DNA from: an uncultured Acidobacteriota bacterium
GTDB lineage: Bacteria > Acidobacteriota > UBA6911 > RPQK01 > JAPXNP01
Length of the DNA stretch: 64,000 nt
Direction of reading: 5' to 3'
Assembly (NCBI GenBank): GCA_963777605.1
Contig: CAVZRV010000007.1
Span: forward strand, 832,001 to 896,000
Shown here: piece after piece, positions 27,631-37,848 of the stretch
How positions within the stretch are numbered: position 1 is the first letter of the stretch
Layout: every line of letters starts with the position of its first letter
Translations under genes and position numbers: made by a program
Notes under the pieces: generated by a model
Told to the model about the DNA's origin: nothing
What the model saw: the letters and a program-made list of their open reading frames with translations, nothing else
The model's database searches: none

Positions 27631-29829
27631 ATGCCCATCTTACGCCGTGCCTCACTCCCGGCGGCATGCCTGCTTATCCTGTCGCTTGCCTCTCTGTTTG
27701 CTGTTCACCCGACCCATCGAATCACGGCCGGGGCGGACGAATTTCTCAAGGGTGACTTTGACGGCGTCTCCCTCAGCAGTGATGGGCGCCTCACCCTCGC
27801 TCCCGCGCTCAAAGAGGTCCTCGACACCAAAGAAGCCTTCATCCACTCTGCGGTCGTCAGTTCCGGAGGAGTCATCTTTGTCGGGACCGGGGCCAACGGG
27901 AAGGTCTTTCGCATCCAGCCCGACGGATCCGGGGGCGAATGGGCAAAGTTCGATGAGCCGGCGATCTACGCGATGACAGTTGATAAGCAAAATCGCGTCT
28001 ACGTAGGCACTTCCCCGGACGGCAAAGTGTACCGAATGTCGGCCGACGGCAAACCTGAGGCCTTCTATGATCCAGGTGAGAAGTTCATTTGGGACCTCAC
28101 CTTCGATGATCAGGGGAACCTGTTCGTCGCCACCGGGCCACGGGGCATCATCTACAAGGTAACCCCGGAAGGCAAAGGAACGACCTTCTTCGACAGCGAG
28201 GAAACCCACATCGTCCGACTTGTCTGGGACCTGGACAAGAATCTCCTGGCAGGCAGTGCTCCGGGAGGACTCCTCTTTCGGATCACGCCCGACGGTCGTC
28301 CTTCCGTGCTGGTCGATTCTCCCCTCGACGAGTTCAAAGCCATCGCCGTGGACCGTTATGGCAACGTTTACGCGGGAGCCCTTTCCGGAGGGCTGACGGT
28401 AACGGCATCGGCAACCGCGACCTCCACTTCGAAAAGTCCCGGGAGCAACGACTCAGAGGTTGAGTCTACGGTGACCGTGTCGGGGAGCTCCAAAGGAGGC
28501 AAGCTGGAGGTCTACCGGATTAGCCGGGAGCGGATGGTGGAGAAGATTTACGCATCGGATGATGAACTGGCCTTCGACCTTCTGGTACGCAGCGACGGCA
28601 CCGTGCTTCTCGCCACCGGCAACCGGGGCAGGGTCATATCCATAGACCGCAACGGATTTTCCACGCTTGTGGTCGACACCAAGGAAGAACAGGTCACTCG
28701 GATATTCGAGCAGGGCACCTCCCTGCTGGCCTTCACGAGTAACCTGGGCAAGGTTTTCCGGATCAACGCGGAAACGGCCTCGAAGGGCACTTACGAATCA
28801 GATCCATTCGACACTAAGGTCACGTCGCAATGGGGAACCTTGCGGTGGCGTCTGGTGACACCGGTCGATCCGGCCACGGTACGCCTCTACGCCCGTTCCG
28901 GAAATACCGCCAAGCCGGACCGGACCTGGGGGGATTGGACCGGTCCCTACACGGAAGCAGCCGGGAGCGCGATCAAAGCTGAGTCCGCCCGGTATTTTCA
29001 GTGGAAGATCGAGTTTGAGCCCGGCGCCCGAACGACGGCCCTGCTATCTGATCAGAACGGTGTCGATCTCGTGACGGTGACTTATCAGCAGCGAAATGTT
29101 GCGCCGCAGGTCTCGGAACTGACCGTCCTGTCCCCGGGCGTCGCTCTCCTTAAGACTCCAACCAACCCATCGGGGGGAGTCGCCCCAGGCGGACCTGACG
29201 GGGCCCACGCCCGCACCCTGCCTCCGGCGATTCGGGACCTGGAGACTCCCAAGATGACGGCTCCCAGCCGAAAGGTATTCATTCCCGGCGCCCGGAGCTT
29301 CAAATGGAAAGCCAGCGACACGAACGATGACGTTCTTTCCTACTCGGTTCTCCTGAAGCGGGTGGACCAGGACGCCTGGACCCCGGTCGCGAAAGACCTC
29401 GACAGCGAGGAATTCACGCTGGATGGAGCCAGTTTCCCGGACGGAACTTATGTCGCCAAGGTCGTTGCCTCGGACCGGCTCAGCAACGCGGCGTCTGACT
29501 CACTCCAGTCAGAACTCGTCAGCAAACCGTTCGAGATTTCCAACTCGGTACCGGTCATCGAGTGGCAACCGGTCCAGGTCCAGGGAAAAGAAGCCCAGGT
29601 CACGTTTAGCGTCCGCAGTCCGGCAAGCTACCTCTACCAGGTGGAGTACTCCATCGACGGCGGGGACTGGCAGGTCGTCTACCCGGAGGAAGGGATCTGT
29701 GACAGCCCGGAGGAGCATTTCAGTTTCAAGATCGCGAACCTTCCCGCCAACAGCAAGACGCTGACGGTACGGGCTTCGGATACGACCGGGAACCTGGGTG
29801 TTTCTGCAACTTCCTTGCAGGGCCAGTAA
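27631..29829 (+). CDS. Secreted beta-propeller repeat protein with C-terminal Fn3/Ig-like domains
   Basis: Signal peptide, repeated blades (xGTG.xGKV+RI.PDG), a Ser/Thr-rich linker and beta-sandwich-like segments (YVAKVVASD, VEYSIDGGDW, TLTVRASD). Confidence 0.75.
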   Translation: MPILRRASLPAACLLILSLASLFAVHPTHRITAGADEFLKGDFDGVSLSSDGRLTLAPALKEVLDTKEAFIHSAVVSSGGVIFVGTGANGKVFRIQPDGSGGEWAKFDEPAIYAMTVDKQNRVYVGTSPDGKVYRMSADGKPEAFYDPGEKFIWDLTFDDQGNLFVATGPRGIIYKVTPEGKGTTFFDSEETHIVRLVWDLDKNLLAGSAPGGLLFRITPDGRPSVLVDSPLDEFKAIAVDRYGNVYAGALSGGLTVTASATATSTSKSPGSNDSEVESTVTVSGSSKGGKLEVYRISRERMVEKIYASDDELAFDLLVRSDGTVLLATGNRGRVISIDRNGFSTLVVDTKEEQVTRIFEQGTSLLAFTSNLGKVFRINAETASKGTYESDPFDTKVTSQWGTLRWRLVTPVDPATVRLYARSGNTAKPDRTWGDWTGPYTEAAGSAIKAESARYFQWKIEFEPGARTTALLSDQNGVDLVTVTYQQRNVAPQVSELTVLSPGVALLKTPTNPSGGVAPGGPDGAHARTLPPAIRDLETPKMTAPSRKVFIPGARSFKWKASDTNDDVLSYSVLLKRVDQDAWTPVAKDLDSEEFTLDGASFPDGTYVAKVVASDRLSNAASDSLQSELVSKPFEISNSVPVIEWQPVQVQGKEAQVTFSVRSPASYLYQVEYSIDGGDWQVVYPEEGICDSPEEHFSFKIANLPANSKTLTVRASDTTGNLGVSATSLQGQ

Positions 29830-29840
29830 AACGAACGGGG

Positions 29841-30557
29841 TCACAGCCCCCGCTCGTCCTCGTAGACGTCGATCTTCTGGAAGGAAAAAATGAGCAGGCG
29901 ATTGGGGCCGCTGTGCCCGCTGTCCAACAGACTGGCGCGCAACGTCGCATGGACGGCATTGAGCAGCGCCGGGCTTTTGGGATACTCCAGGACGCTGTCG
30001 ATCTCAACCTTGCCCTCGGAGTGCACCTCGGCGACCAGCGAGAGCGAGTCCTCGTAGGGCAACTTCCAGGCCGTGTTCATCAATTCCCGCAGTTCGCGCC
30101 GGTCTCCCCGCGCCTGTACACTCACAATCGCGTGGATCGGACTATTCGTCGAGGACACCGGGATCAGGACGAACGACAACGATTCGGTCCTCGCCGGGAC
30201 GAACTGGAATAAAACGAACAGAAACAGCACCAGCGCGAAAGGAGTCGCTGCCGCCCGGGAAAGGAGGACGCTCCAGTCCCAATCGCTGCGGTGCTGCCAA
30301 CTGCCTGCCAGGCCGCTCCAGGCCTGCTGCAACCACCCGACTCGGCTTCCGCGAATTGAGGCAAGCATCGTCCGGGCGGCGGAAACGGGGAAATGCGCCC
30401 GTTGGGCCAGCAGTTGCCGCACCACAGCAAACTCACGATGAAATTTGGCGCATCGGGCACAATGGAGCAGATGCGTCTCCATCGCGTTGACCTCCTGGCC
30501 CGGCAATCGTTCATCCAGAAACTCATGGATCTGGAGGCGAAATGTATTGCACCTCAT
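29841..30557 (-). CDS. zf-HC2 anti-sigma factor, single TM
   Basis: N-terminal C...HLLHCARC zinc motif, one TM helix (FALVLFLFVLFQF) and ATGA overlap with the sigma gene. Confidence 0.85.
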   Translation of the reverse strand: MRCNTFRLQIHEFLDERLPGQEVNAMETHLLHCARCAKFHREFAVVRQLLAQRAHFPVSAARTMLASIRGSRVGWLQQAWSGLAGSWQHRSDWDWSVLLSRAAATPFALVLFLFVLFQFVPARTESLSFVLIPVSSTNSPIHAIVSVQARGDRRELRELMNTAWKLPYEDSLSLVAEVHSEGKVEIDSVLEYPKSPALLNAVHATLRASLLDSGHSGPNRLLIFSFQKIDVYEDERGL

Positions 30558-31180
30558 AGGTCTTCACCTCCCTGGAAGACTCTCAGCATCTCCCTGAGTT
30601 GCTCGCGCGCCCGACCAATCCGGGATTTGACGGTGCCCAGGTTGACACCGGTCACCTCAGCGATCTCCTCGTACGTCAATCCTTCAACATCCCGAAGTAC
30701 AATCGCAACACGCTGCTCGAAGGGCAGTTTTCGAAGACCTTGCTCCAGAGCGCCACGCAATTCGCTGTTTAAGATATTCCTGGCCGGCGACGGGGACCGT
30801 CCTTCCACTTCCAGGGGACGCGGATCGTCAGCTGAGACCGGGACCGACAACGACACCGTCTGGCTTCTCCAGCACCTTTTCCACCACCGGTTCCGGTTCG
30901 CAATCTGATTGACTGTCACCCGGTAAAGCCATGTCTTGATGCAGCAGTCACCTCGAAAGCCACTCGCGTTGCGAAGGAGCGAGATAAAGACCTCCTGGGT
31001 GACATCCATCGACTCGGACTTGTCCACCAACAGCTTCAAAGAGAGGGTATAAACCATATCCTTGTAGAGGCGGAATACCTCCAGGAAGACAGATTCATCT
31101 CCTTCTCTAAGCCGCTCCAAGAACTGGTCCGCGGCCTCGAAAGTTGAATCGGAGGTGATGGAACGAGTCAGGCTCTCCAT
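30554..31180 (-). CDS. ECF RNA polymerase sigma factor (RpoE/SigW-like)
   Basis: DVTQEVF, KTWLYRVTVN, and LRDVEGLTYEEIAEVTGVNLGTVKSRIGRAR (region 4). Confidence 0.95.
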   Translation of the reverse strand: MESLTRSITSDSTFEAADQFLERLREGDESVFLEVFRLYKDMVYTLSLKLLVDKSESMDVTQEVFISLLRNASGFRGDCCIKTWLYRVTVNQIANRNRWWKRCWRSQTVSLSVPVSADDPRPLEVEGRSPSPARNILNSELRGALEQGLRKLPFEQRVAIVLRDVEGLTYEEIAEVTGVNLGTVKSRIGRAREQLREMLRVFQGGEDL

Positions 31181-31231
31181 AGAATCAGCCTCATCCTCCG
31201 TGGGCGCTTGGAAACCGATCTTCTCCCTATT

Positions 31232-31259
31232 TTAGACCACTGCAAAATGAAAAGGTTCC
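31232..31259 (-). promoter_or_regulatory. RpoE-type ECF promoter, probably autoregulatory
   Basis: Minus strand GGAACC-N16-GTCTAA about 50 nt upstream of the sigma start. Resembles the sigmaE consensus GAACTT-N16-TCTAA. Confidence 0.7.
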
Positions 31260-31307
31260 AGGATTTTCTGAAGGAGTTCACTCTCCAGCCGACCTGCGGG
31301 GAGTGTC

Positions 31308-32834
31308 TTACGCGCCGCTCGAGAGAATTTCGCGAACTCTGGAGGCAAGAGCCAGCCGGGTAAATGGCTTCTGGATGAAATTGACGCCCTCTTCGAGAAC
31401 GCCGTGCTGAGCGATGGCGCTGTCGGTGTAGCCCGACATGAAGAGGACGTGGATGCCGGGCCGATCCCGGCTGACTTCCTCTGCGACGATCTTCCCGCTG
31501 ACCGAAGGCAGGACCACATCGGTGAGCAGGAGATCGATATCGCCACTGTGGCTTCGGCTCAAGACCATCGCGTCTTCCGGCGTCGCCGCCTCAAGAACCT
31601 CGTAACCGAGTGCAACCAGTTCGTGAACCACGAGGCCTCGAACGTGGGCATCGTCTTCGACGACGAGAATGGTTTCAGCACCGCCGAGCTGGCTGATTTT
31701 GACAGGAGACTCTTCGGTGCCCAGGTCCACTTCGCCGGCGCTCGGCAGGTAGACCTTGAAGGTGGTTCCCTGACCGGGTTCGCTGTAAACCCATACGTTG
31801 CCGTTGGCCCGTTTGACGATTCCGTATACCGTCGACAAACCCAGCCCGGTTCCCTTGTCGCGGCTCTTGGTGGTGAAAAACGGTTCGAATATACGGCTCT
31901 GCGTATCTCGGTCCATGCCGATCCCGGTGTCACTGACGCCCAACATTACGTATCGTCCAGGTGTAACCCCCGGCTTGTGGGATGCGTATTCCGAATCGAC
32001 ATCCAGTTCGTTGGTTTCCAGCGTCAGATTTCCCCCCTCCGGCATGGCATCCCGGGCATTCACGCAGAGATTCATGATGACTTGTTCAATCTGCGCCAGG
32101 TCGGCCATTACAGGACTCAGGTCGGAACTCAGCATCGTACTCAGTTGAATATCCTCCCCGATCAACCGGCGAATCATCCGGTCCATATTTCCAACCACCC
32201 GGTTGAGATCGAACACCTGAGGCTTGACCATCTGTTTCCGGCTGAAGGTCAGCAACTGGCGGGTCAGGTCGGTCGCCCGATCAGTCGCAGCCCGGATCTC
32301 GGAAAGGGCAACCCGGTCAAGCCCAGTCACTTCTTCACGGTCCAGCAGAACATCGGTATAGCCACCAATGATCGTCAACAGGTTGTTGAAATCATGTGCG
32401 ATACCTCCGGCCAGGCGACCGACGGCTTCCAGTTTCTGCGCCTGCAGCAACTGGGCCTGGAGATTCTTCTCCTCGCGCAAGTCCCGGACATACGAGCAAC
32501 TGATTTCAAATCCGTCGGAAACGACCAGGTTCGCACTGATCTCAACCGGCAGAAGACTGCCATCCCGGTGGACGAACTCGACCGGCTCCACCAGTTGGGT
32601 GCTCTGCCTCAGTCGCTCCCAGTATTCGGAAAACTGCAGAGCGTCGTTTCGGGGCATAAAATCGATGATTGACTTACCCGTCAATTCAGCTTCGTTGAAC
32701 CCGAGCAAAGCGCTCGCCGCGGGATTGGCGAAGTAGATCGTGCCGGTCCCGCCAACCAGCATCATCGCGGTCGCCGATTTCTCGACCAGCATCTTGGTCA
32801 ACTGATTACGCTTTGTCTCGTCCGACAACGGCAT
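31308..32834 (-). CDS. Cytoplasmic hybrid sensor kinase (PAS-HisKA-HATPase-REC, CckA-like)
   Basis: PAS (YFANPAA..LLG), H-box AHDFNNLL, NARDAM, DTGIGM, FFTTK..GTGLGL and receiver LLLTDVVLP. Start is uncertain (32834 or 32879). Confidence 0.92.
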   Translation of the reverse strand: MPLSDETKRNQLTKMLVEKSATAMMLVGGTGTIYFANPAASALLGFNEAELTGKSIIDFMPRNDALQFSEYWERLRQSTQLVEPVEFVHRDGSLLPVEISANLVVSDGFEISCSYVRDLREEKNLQAQLLQAQKLEAVGRLAGGIAHDFNNLLTIIGGYTDVLLDREEVTGLDRVALSEIRAATDRATDLTRQLLTFSRKQMVKPQVFDLNRVVGNMDRMIRRLIGEDIQLSTMLSSDLSPVMADLAQIEQVIMNLCVNARDAMPEGGNLTLETNELDVDSEYASHKPGVTPGRYVMLGVSDTGIGMDRDTQSRIFEPFFTTKSRDKGTGLGLSTVYGIVKRANGNVWVYSEPGQGTTFKVYLPSAGEVDLGTEESPVKISQLGGAETILVVEDDAHVRGLVVHELVALGYEVLEAATPEDAMVLSRSHSGDIDLLLTDVVLPSVSGKIVAEEVSRDRPGIHVLFMSGYTDSAIAQHGVLEEGVNFIQKPFTRLALASRVREILSSGA

Positions 32835-32967
32835 ATTAGGCCTCTGCCCCCGGAATGACGCGCGACGGCCCGGCAACAACGTTCATATTGATCCTAGATT
32901 CTTCCACGCATATCAACCATTTGTGAAGTGAAATAGCCACGACTTTGGGCAAAGGCGCAAGGTCCAC

Positions 32968-33597
32968 CTATTTTCCACCCCTAAGGATGGGCGCCAACCA
33001 CTTCCAAACGTTCCTGGCGACGATCCGGTGGCCCTCTTCTGTCGGATGGATTCCGTCGGGAAGGTTCAGCGCAGGCCGCCCGGCGACTCCTTCCAGGAGA
33101 AAGGGCATCAAGACAGCATGGTTCTTCTCCGCCAGTTCCTTGAAAATCCCCTGGAATCTGGCCGTGTAGTCGGGGCCAAGGTTCGGAGGCACCATCATCC
33201 CTGCAATCATGATCCTGCAATCCGGATAGGACTCCCGGGTCCTGTCAATGATGGACTGGAGATTCTTCTCGGTGGAGTCGAGGGGGATACCCCTCAAACC
33301 GTCATTAGCACCCAGTTCGAGGAAAAGTACATCGACTGGTCTTTTCAGCAGCCAGTCAATTCTTCGCACACCACCTGCGGAGGTGTCGCCACTGACACCA
33401 GCGTTAACGACCTTATAGGGGAGCCCTGCCTCGTCGATCTTCTTCTGAATCAGGGCCGGAAAGGCCAATGCAGGATCAAGCCCGTAGCCGGCCGTCAGGC
33501 TGTCTCCCAAAAACAATATGGTCTCCGACTGGGCCGCCCCGAAACAGCCTATCGAGCAAAGTGCAGCGACCATCCAAGTTATTGACGTTCTGAACAT
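32968..33597 (-). CDS. tesA: TesA-like SGNH/GDSL arylesterase/thioesterase
   Basis: Motifs GDSLTAGYG, NAGVSGDT, ELGANDGLRG and DGIHP, with a signal peptide. Divergent from ybbA. Confidence 0.9.
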   Translation of the reverse strand: MFRTSITWMVAALCSIGCFGAAQSETILFLGDSLTAGYGLDPALAFPALIQKKIDEAGLPYKVVNAGVSGDTSAGGVRRIDWLLKRPVDVLFLELGANDGLRGIPLDSTEKNLQSIIDRTRESYPDCRIMIAGMMVPPNLGPDYTARFQGIFKELAEKNHAVLMPFLLEGVAGRPALNLPDGIHPTEEGHRIVARNVWKWLAPILRGGK

Positions 33598-33653
33598 TGC
33601 TGCCTCACCTAGCATAGTACGATATAAACGTTCGGAGCGGCTTACTGCTGATA

Positions 33654-34367
33654 GTGATGAAACAACACGTACTCAAGGTTGAGGAAGTCGGCAAGGATTA
33701 CTCCAGCGGAGGGCGTCTCCTCTCGGTCCTGAGCGATATCTCGTTCGAAATCCCGGAGGCCTCAACGTGCTCCATCGTCGGCCCGTCGGGCAGTGGAAAG
33801 ACCACTCTACTCGGGCTCTGCGCCGGATTGGACCGCCCGACAAGGGGAAAGGTTGTTCTCGGAGGCCGGGAACTCGGGCCACTCTCGGAAGAGGAACTGG
33901 CTGTGTTCCGCAGTCGGAACCTAGGGTTTGTTTTCCAGTCGTTTCAGCTCATCCCAACCCTGACAGCCCTGGAAAACGTCATGGTCCCCGCCGAATTGAG
34001 AGGGGACTCCGGCGTGCGGGGACGGGCCCGGCAAATGCTGTCCCAGGTCGGGTTGGAGGACCGCCTCGATCACTATCCGACTCAACTCTCCGGAGGTGAG
34101 CAGCAGCGGGTTGCGCTGGCGAGAGCCTTCGTAAATCGCCCCAAAGTGCTGTTTGCGGATGAGCCCACCGGAAACCTGGATTCCGCAACCGCGGCCACGG
34201 TTGAGGAACTCATTTTCCAACTCAACCGGGAATATGGAACGACGCTCATTCTCGTCACTCACAACCTGGAGCTGGCTAGCCGGACAAATCGAATCATTTC
34301 CCTGAGAGGCGGTCGAATTCTCGAAGACCGCAGTTCTGCGCTCGGGCAGGCGTCGGTGACTACGTGA
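33654..34367 (+). CDS. ybbA: YbbA-like ABC ATP-binding protein
   Basis: Motifs GPSGSGKT, LSGGEQQRV and ADEPTGNLD. tesA/ybbP synteny. Confidence 0.88.
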   Translation: MMKQHVLKVEEVGKDYSSGGRLLSVLSDISFEIPEASTCSIVGPSGSGKTTLLGLCAGLDRPTRGKVVLGGRELGPLSEEELAVFRSRNLGFVFQSFQLIPTLTALENVMVPAELRGDSGVRGRARQMLSQVGLEDRLDHYPTQLSGGEQQRVALARAFVNRPKVLFADEPTGNLDSATAATVEELIFQLNREYGTTLILVTHNLELASRTNRIISLRGGRILEDRSSALGQASVTT

Positions 34368-36885
34368 AGATCCCCTGGGTCCTCCTGATGGCCTGGCGGG
34401 ACGGCCGCCACAGCTGGCAGCGCCTGCTGCTTTACACGTCCGCTATCGTCATGGGCGTAGCCGCCCTCGTTTCAATCCGATCGTTCGGTGAGAATCTCCT
34501 GGCCGCCGTGGAAGACCAGGCCAAGGTCCTGCTCGGGGCCGACCTTGTGCTGCGCAGCAACCTCCCGTTTGATCCCGAGGACGAAAAGCTTTTCACGGAG
34601 ATTGGAGGGCGACAGGCCCGCCAGGTCGATTTCGCATCGATGGCGCTCTTCCCCCGGCAGAACGCGACCCGTCTGGTCCAGGTGCGCGCAATTTCAGGCC
34701 CGTTCCCGTTTTACGGAACCCTCGGAACCGATCCGCCCGATGCCGCAGCGGTCTACCAGAACGGCCGGTCGGCCCTTGTCGATGAAACGCTGATGCTCCA
34801 GTTCAGGGTCCAGGTAGGAGACCCCCTAAAGCTGGGCAACGCCACCTTCAAAATTGTCGGCAAACTCCTTGAGATTCCCGGCGACTCGGCCGTAGCTTCC
34901 GACCTCGCCCCCCGGATCTTCATTCCCGGACAGCTCCTGGATGAAACCGGCCTGGTCCAGACCGGTAGCCGGGTGCACTACCGAATCTTCTTCAAGCTGA
35001 GCCCGGGGCAAAACCCCGACAAGCTCGTTGAATCCCTCAAAGACAGGCTGCGTGCATTGAATCTTTCCGCCGACACGGTCGAAGAACGCAAGGAGGATTT
35101 TCAGCGTGAACTGACGAACCTCAACCGGTTCTTGAGCCTGGTCGGATTCATCGCCCTGGTTCTGGGCGGAATCGGGGTAGCCAGCTCGATTCATCTGTAC
35201 GTCCGTCAGCGGATGCCGACCATCGCAATCCTGCGGTGTGTCGGAGCTTCCCCAGGCAGAGTTTCTCAGTCTACCTGGTTCAGGCGGCACTCCTCGGACT
35301 GGTTGGAGCGCTTGTCGGGGTCTTTCTCGGGGTCATGGCCCAGCGTCTCCTTCCATCCGTGCTGGGGGGATTTCTCCCCTTCGAATTTGACCAGAGCGTC
35401 TCGGCTCGTGCCATTTTCGAAGGCTTCTTCGTTGGTCTCTCGGCATCGCTACTCTTCACCTTGATTCCGCTGGCCCCGATCCGGCGGATCTCCCCTCTCC
35501 TGACGCTTCGCTCCGATGTCGAGGCTGCCTTTCGGCCGCGACGAGATCCTCTCGTCTGGCTGCTGACCGGCGTGGTCCTGGCTGCGCTGCTGGCCTTCTC
35601 GTTGTGGAACTCGAGCACCTGGGTCATCGGGTTGGGCTTCTTCGGAGGCCTGCTTGTGGTTTTCGGTTTGTTGTTTGGGGTTGCCAAATCGATCATGTTC
35701 CTGACCCGGCGCTTTTTCCCGACAAGCTGGCGCTACGAATTGCGCCAGGGACTGGCCAACCTCTTTCGTCCCCACAATCAAACCGTGGTCCTGATTCTCT
35801 CAGTCGGCCTTGGCACCTTCTTCATTACTACGCTGTACCTAACCCAGACCAGCCTGCTCCAGGAAGTGGAGTCGGTGGGTTCGGGAACCCGCCCCAACCT
35901 GGTGCTGTTTGACATCCAGTCGGATCAGTTGGCAGGTGTCGTCCAGTTGCTCGAGGAGAATCAACTTGTGGTCCAGGACGAGGTTCCGGTCGTGACGATG
36001 CGTCTCAGCGCAATCAACGGGACCCCGGTCGAACAGCTGAGGGATGCACCCGAATGGCAACACAGGAGGTGGGCGTTGACCAGGGAGTATCGTTGTACCT
36101 ATCGAGATCACCTCACGGAAGCCGAAACCCTCGTTAAAGGTTCCTTTCCAGGCCCGCCTGGATCCGGAGTTCAGGTTTCTCTGGAACAGCGTATCGCCGA
36201 CGATCTCAAAGCACAGATCGGAGATCACCTCGTCTTCGACGTTCAGGGCGTCCCGGTCGAGGTAGAGGTTGGGAGCATCCGATCGGTTGAGTGGCGCACT
36301 TTTCAACCCAATTTCTTCGTCCTTTTCCCAACCGGAGTGCTGGAGGATGCTCCCCAGTTTCACGTGATAATTACGAGAACTGAGAGTAAGGCTCAGTCGG
36401 CCCGGTTCCAACGTGCCCTGGTCCAGGATTTTCCCAATGTCTCTGCGATTGACTTGTCCCTGGTTCTGGAGACTATCGATTCCGTCCTGAACCGACTCTC
36501 GTTCGTAATCCGGTTCATGGCATTTTTCTCGGTCGCCACCGGCTTCCTGGTGATGATTGGCGCGATTGTCTCCGGACGTTACCAGCGCATGCGGGAAAGT
36601 GTCCTGTTACGAACGCTCGGCGCTTCCCGTCGTCAACTGCGGACCATTTTCGTGACGGAGTACCTCTTCCTCGGGCTGTTCTCCGCCACGACCGGCGTAC
36701 TTCTTTCCCTGCTCGCATCCTGGGCAATCGCCACCTTCGTCTTCAAAACCACTTTTATCCCGGCGCCAGACGTTATTGTGGGAGCGTTCCTGGTGGTCAC
36801 CGCTCTCACGATTGTCGTCGGACTGAGCAACAGCCGCGGGATTTTCACCCATCCCCCGCTCGAGGTCCTTCGCAGCGAGGATTGA
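34364..36885 (+). pseudogene. ybbP: YbbP-like double-MacB/FtsX ABC permease, split by one frameshift at about 35250 (possibly a sequencing error)
   Basis: ORFs 34364-35464 and 35236-36885 join into one YbbP-like protein if one C is added to the C4 run at 35250-35253 (giving LRCVGASPRQSFSVYLVQ). Confidence 0.8.
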
Positions 36886-37004
36886 AAATCCCCCGCTCGA
36901 ATCCGGAGTGATCGGACTCGCAGCCGGGCAGATTCCCCGCCAACACCAACAGAGACACGTCGGTACTGGCTCGAGATACCCCGGGTGTGCAAGGATGTCG
37001 AGAC

Positions 37005-37815
37005 ATGAAGATCGCCCTGGTTCAGCAATCCACCACGGAAGACCACACGGAAAACGTAGAGAGGGCATTGGGCCGTTTCCTGGAGGCTGCCGACCACGGA
37101 AGTCACCTCGTGCTCTTTCCCGAACTCTCCTTCCAGCGTTTCTTTCCAAGCCGGCGTCGAACAGCCGCGGCCGAATGTCACCTCCGAAACTATTCCCGGT
37201 CCCACGACCGACCGCTTTGCCGAGGCGGCCCACAGGACGGGAACCGCGGTGGTGATCAACCTGTACGAGCGGGCCGGCGACCGCTACTTCGACACTTCCG
37301 CCGTGATCGACTCGAATGGAGAGCTCAAGGGAGTGACCCGTATGGTTCACATCATGGATGGTCCGGGTTTCCACGAGCGCGATTACTATCACCCAGGGGA
37401 CCTGGGGGCGCCGGTCTACGACCTGGGAGTGGGAAGGATCGGCGTCGCGATCTGCTACGATCGTCATTTCCCGGAATACATGCGCGCGCTTGCTCTCAAG
37501 GGGGCCCAGTTGGTCTTGATCCCCCAGGCCGGGGCTGCCAATGAGTGGCCCCCAGGCCTGTTCGAAGCAGAGCTCCAGGTCGCCTCAATGCAGAACGGCT
37601 ACTTCTGTGCTCTGGCCAACCGGGTCGGAGACGAAGGCGTGCTTCGTTTTGCCGGGAAATCATTCTGCACGGACCCTGCCGGCCAGATCCTCTGCCAGGC
37701 CCCGGAAGACCGGGAGGTGCTGCTCTATGCCGATATCGATTTCGGGCGGATTGCTGACTCCCCGGCTCAGCAACATTTCTTGACCGACCGGAGGGAGAAT
37801 ATCTACCCTCTATAA
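37005..37815 (+). pseudogene. Carbon-nitrogen hydrolase (nitrilase superfamily, AguB/beta-ureidopropionase-like), frameshifted at about 37150-37185
   Basis: N-terminal MKIALVQQ...LVLFPEL lies in one frame. ETIPGPTT...ICYDRHFPE...ANRVG...FAGKS lies in the +1 frame. Confidence 0.8.
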
Positions 37816-37848
37816 CCCACGGCCGCATGCCCGACTCAGGAGTCACCG

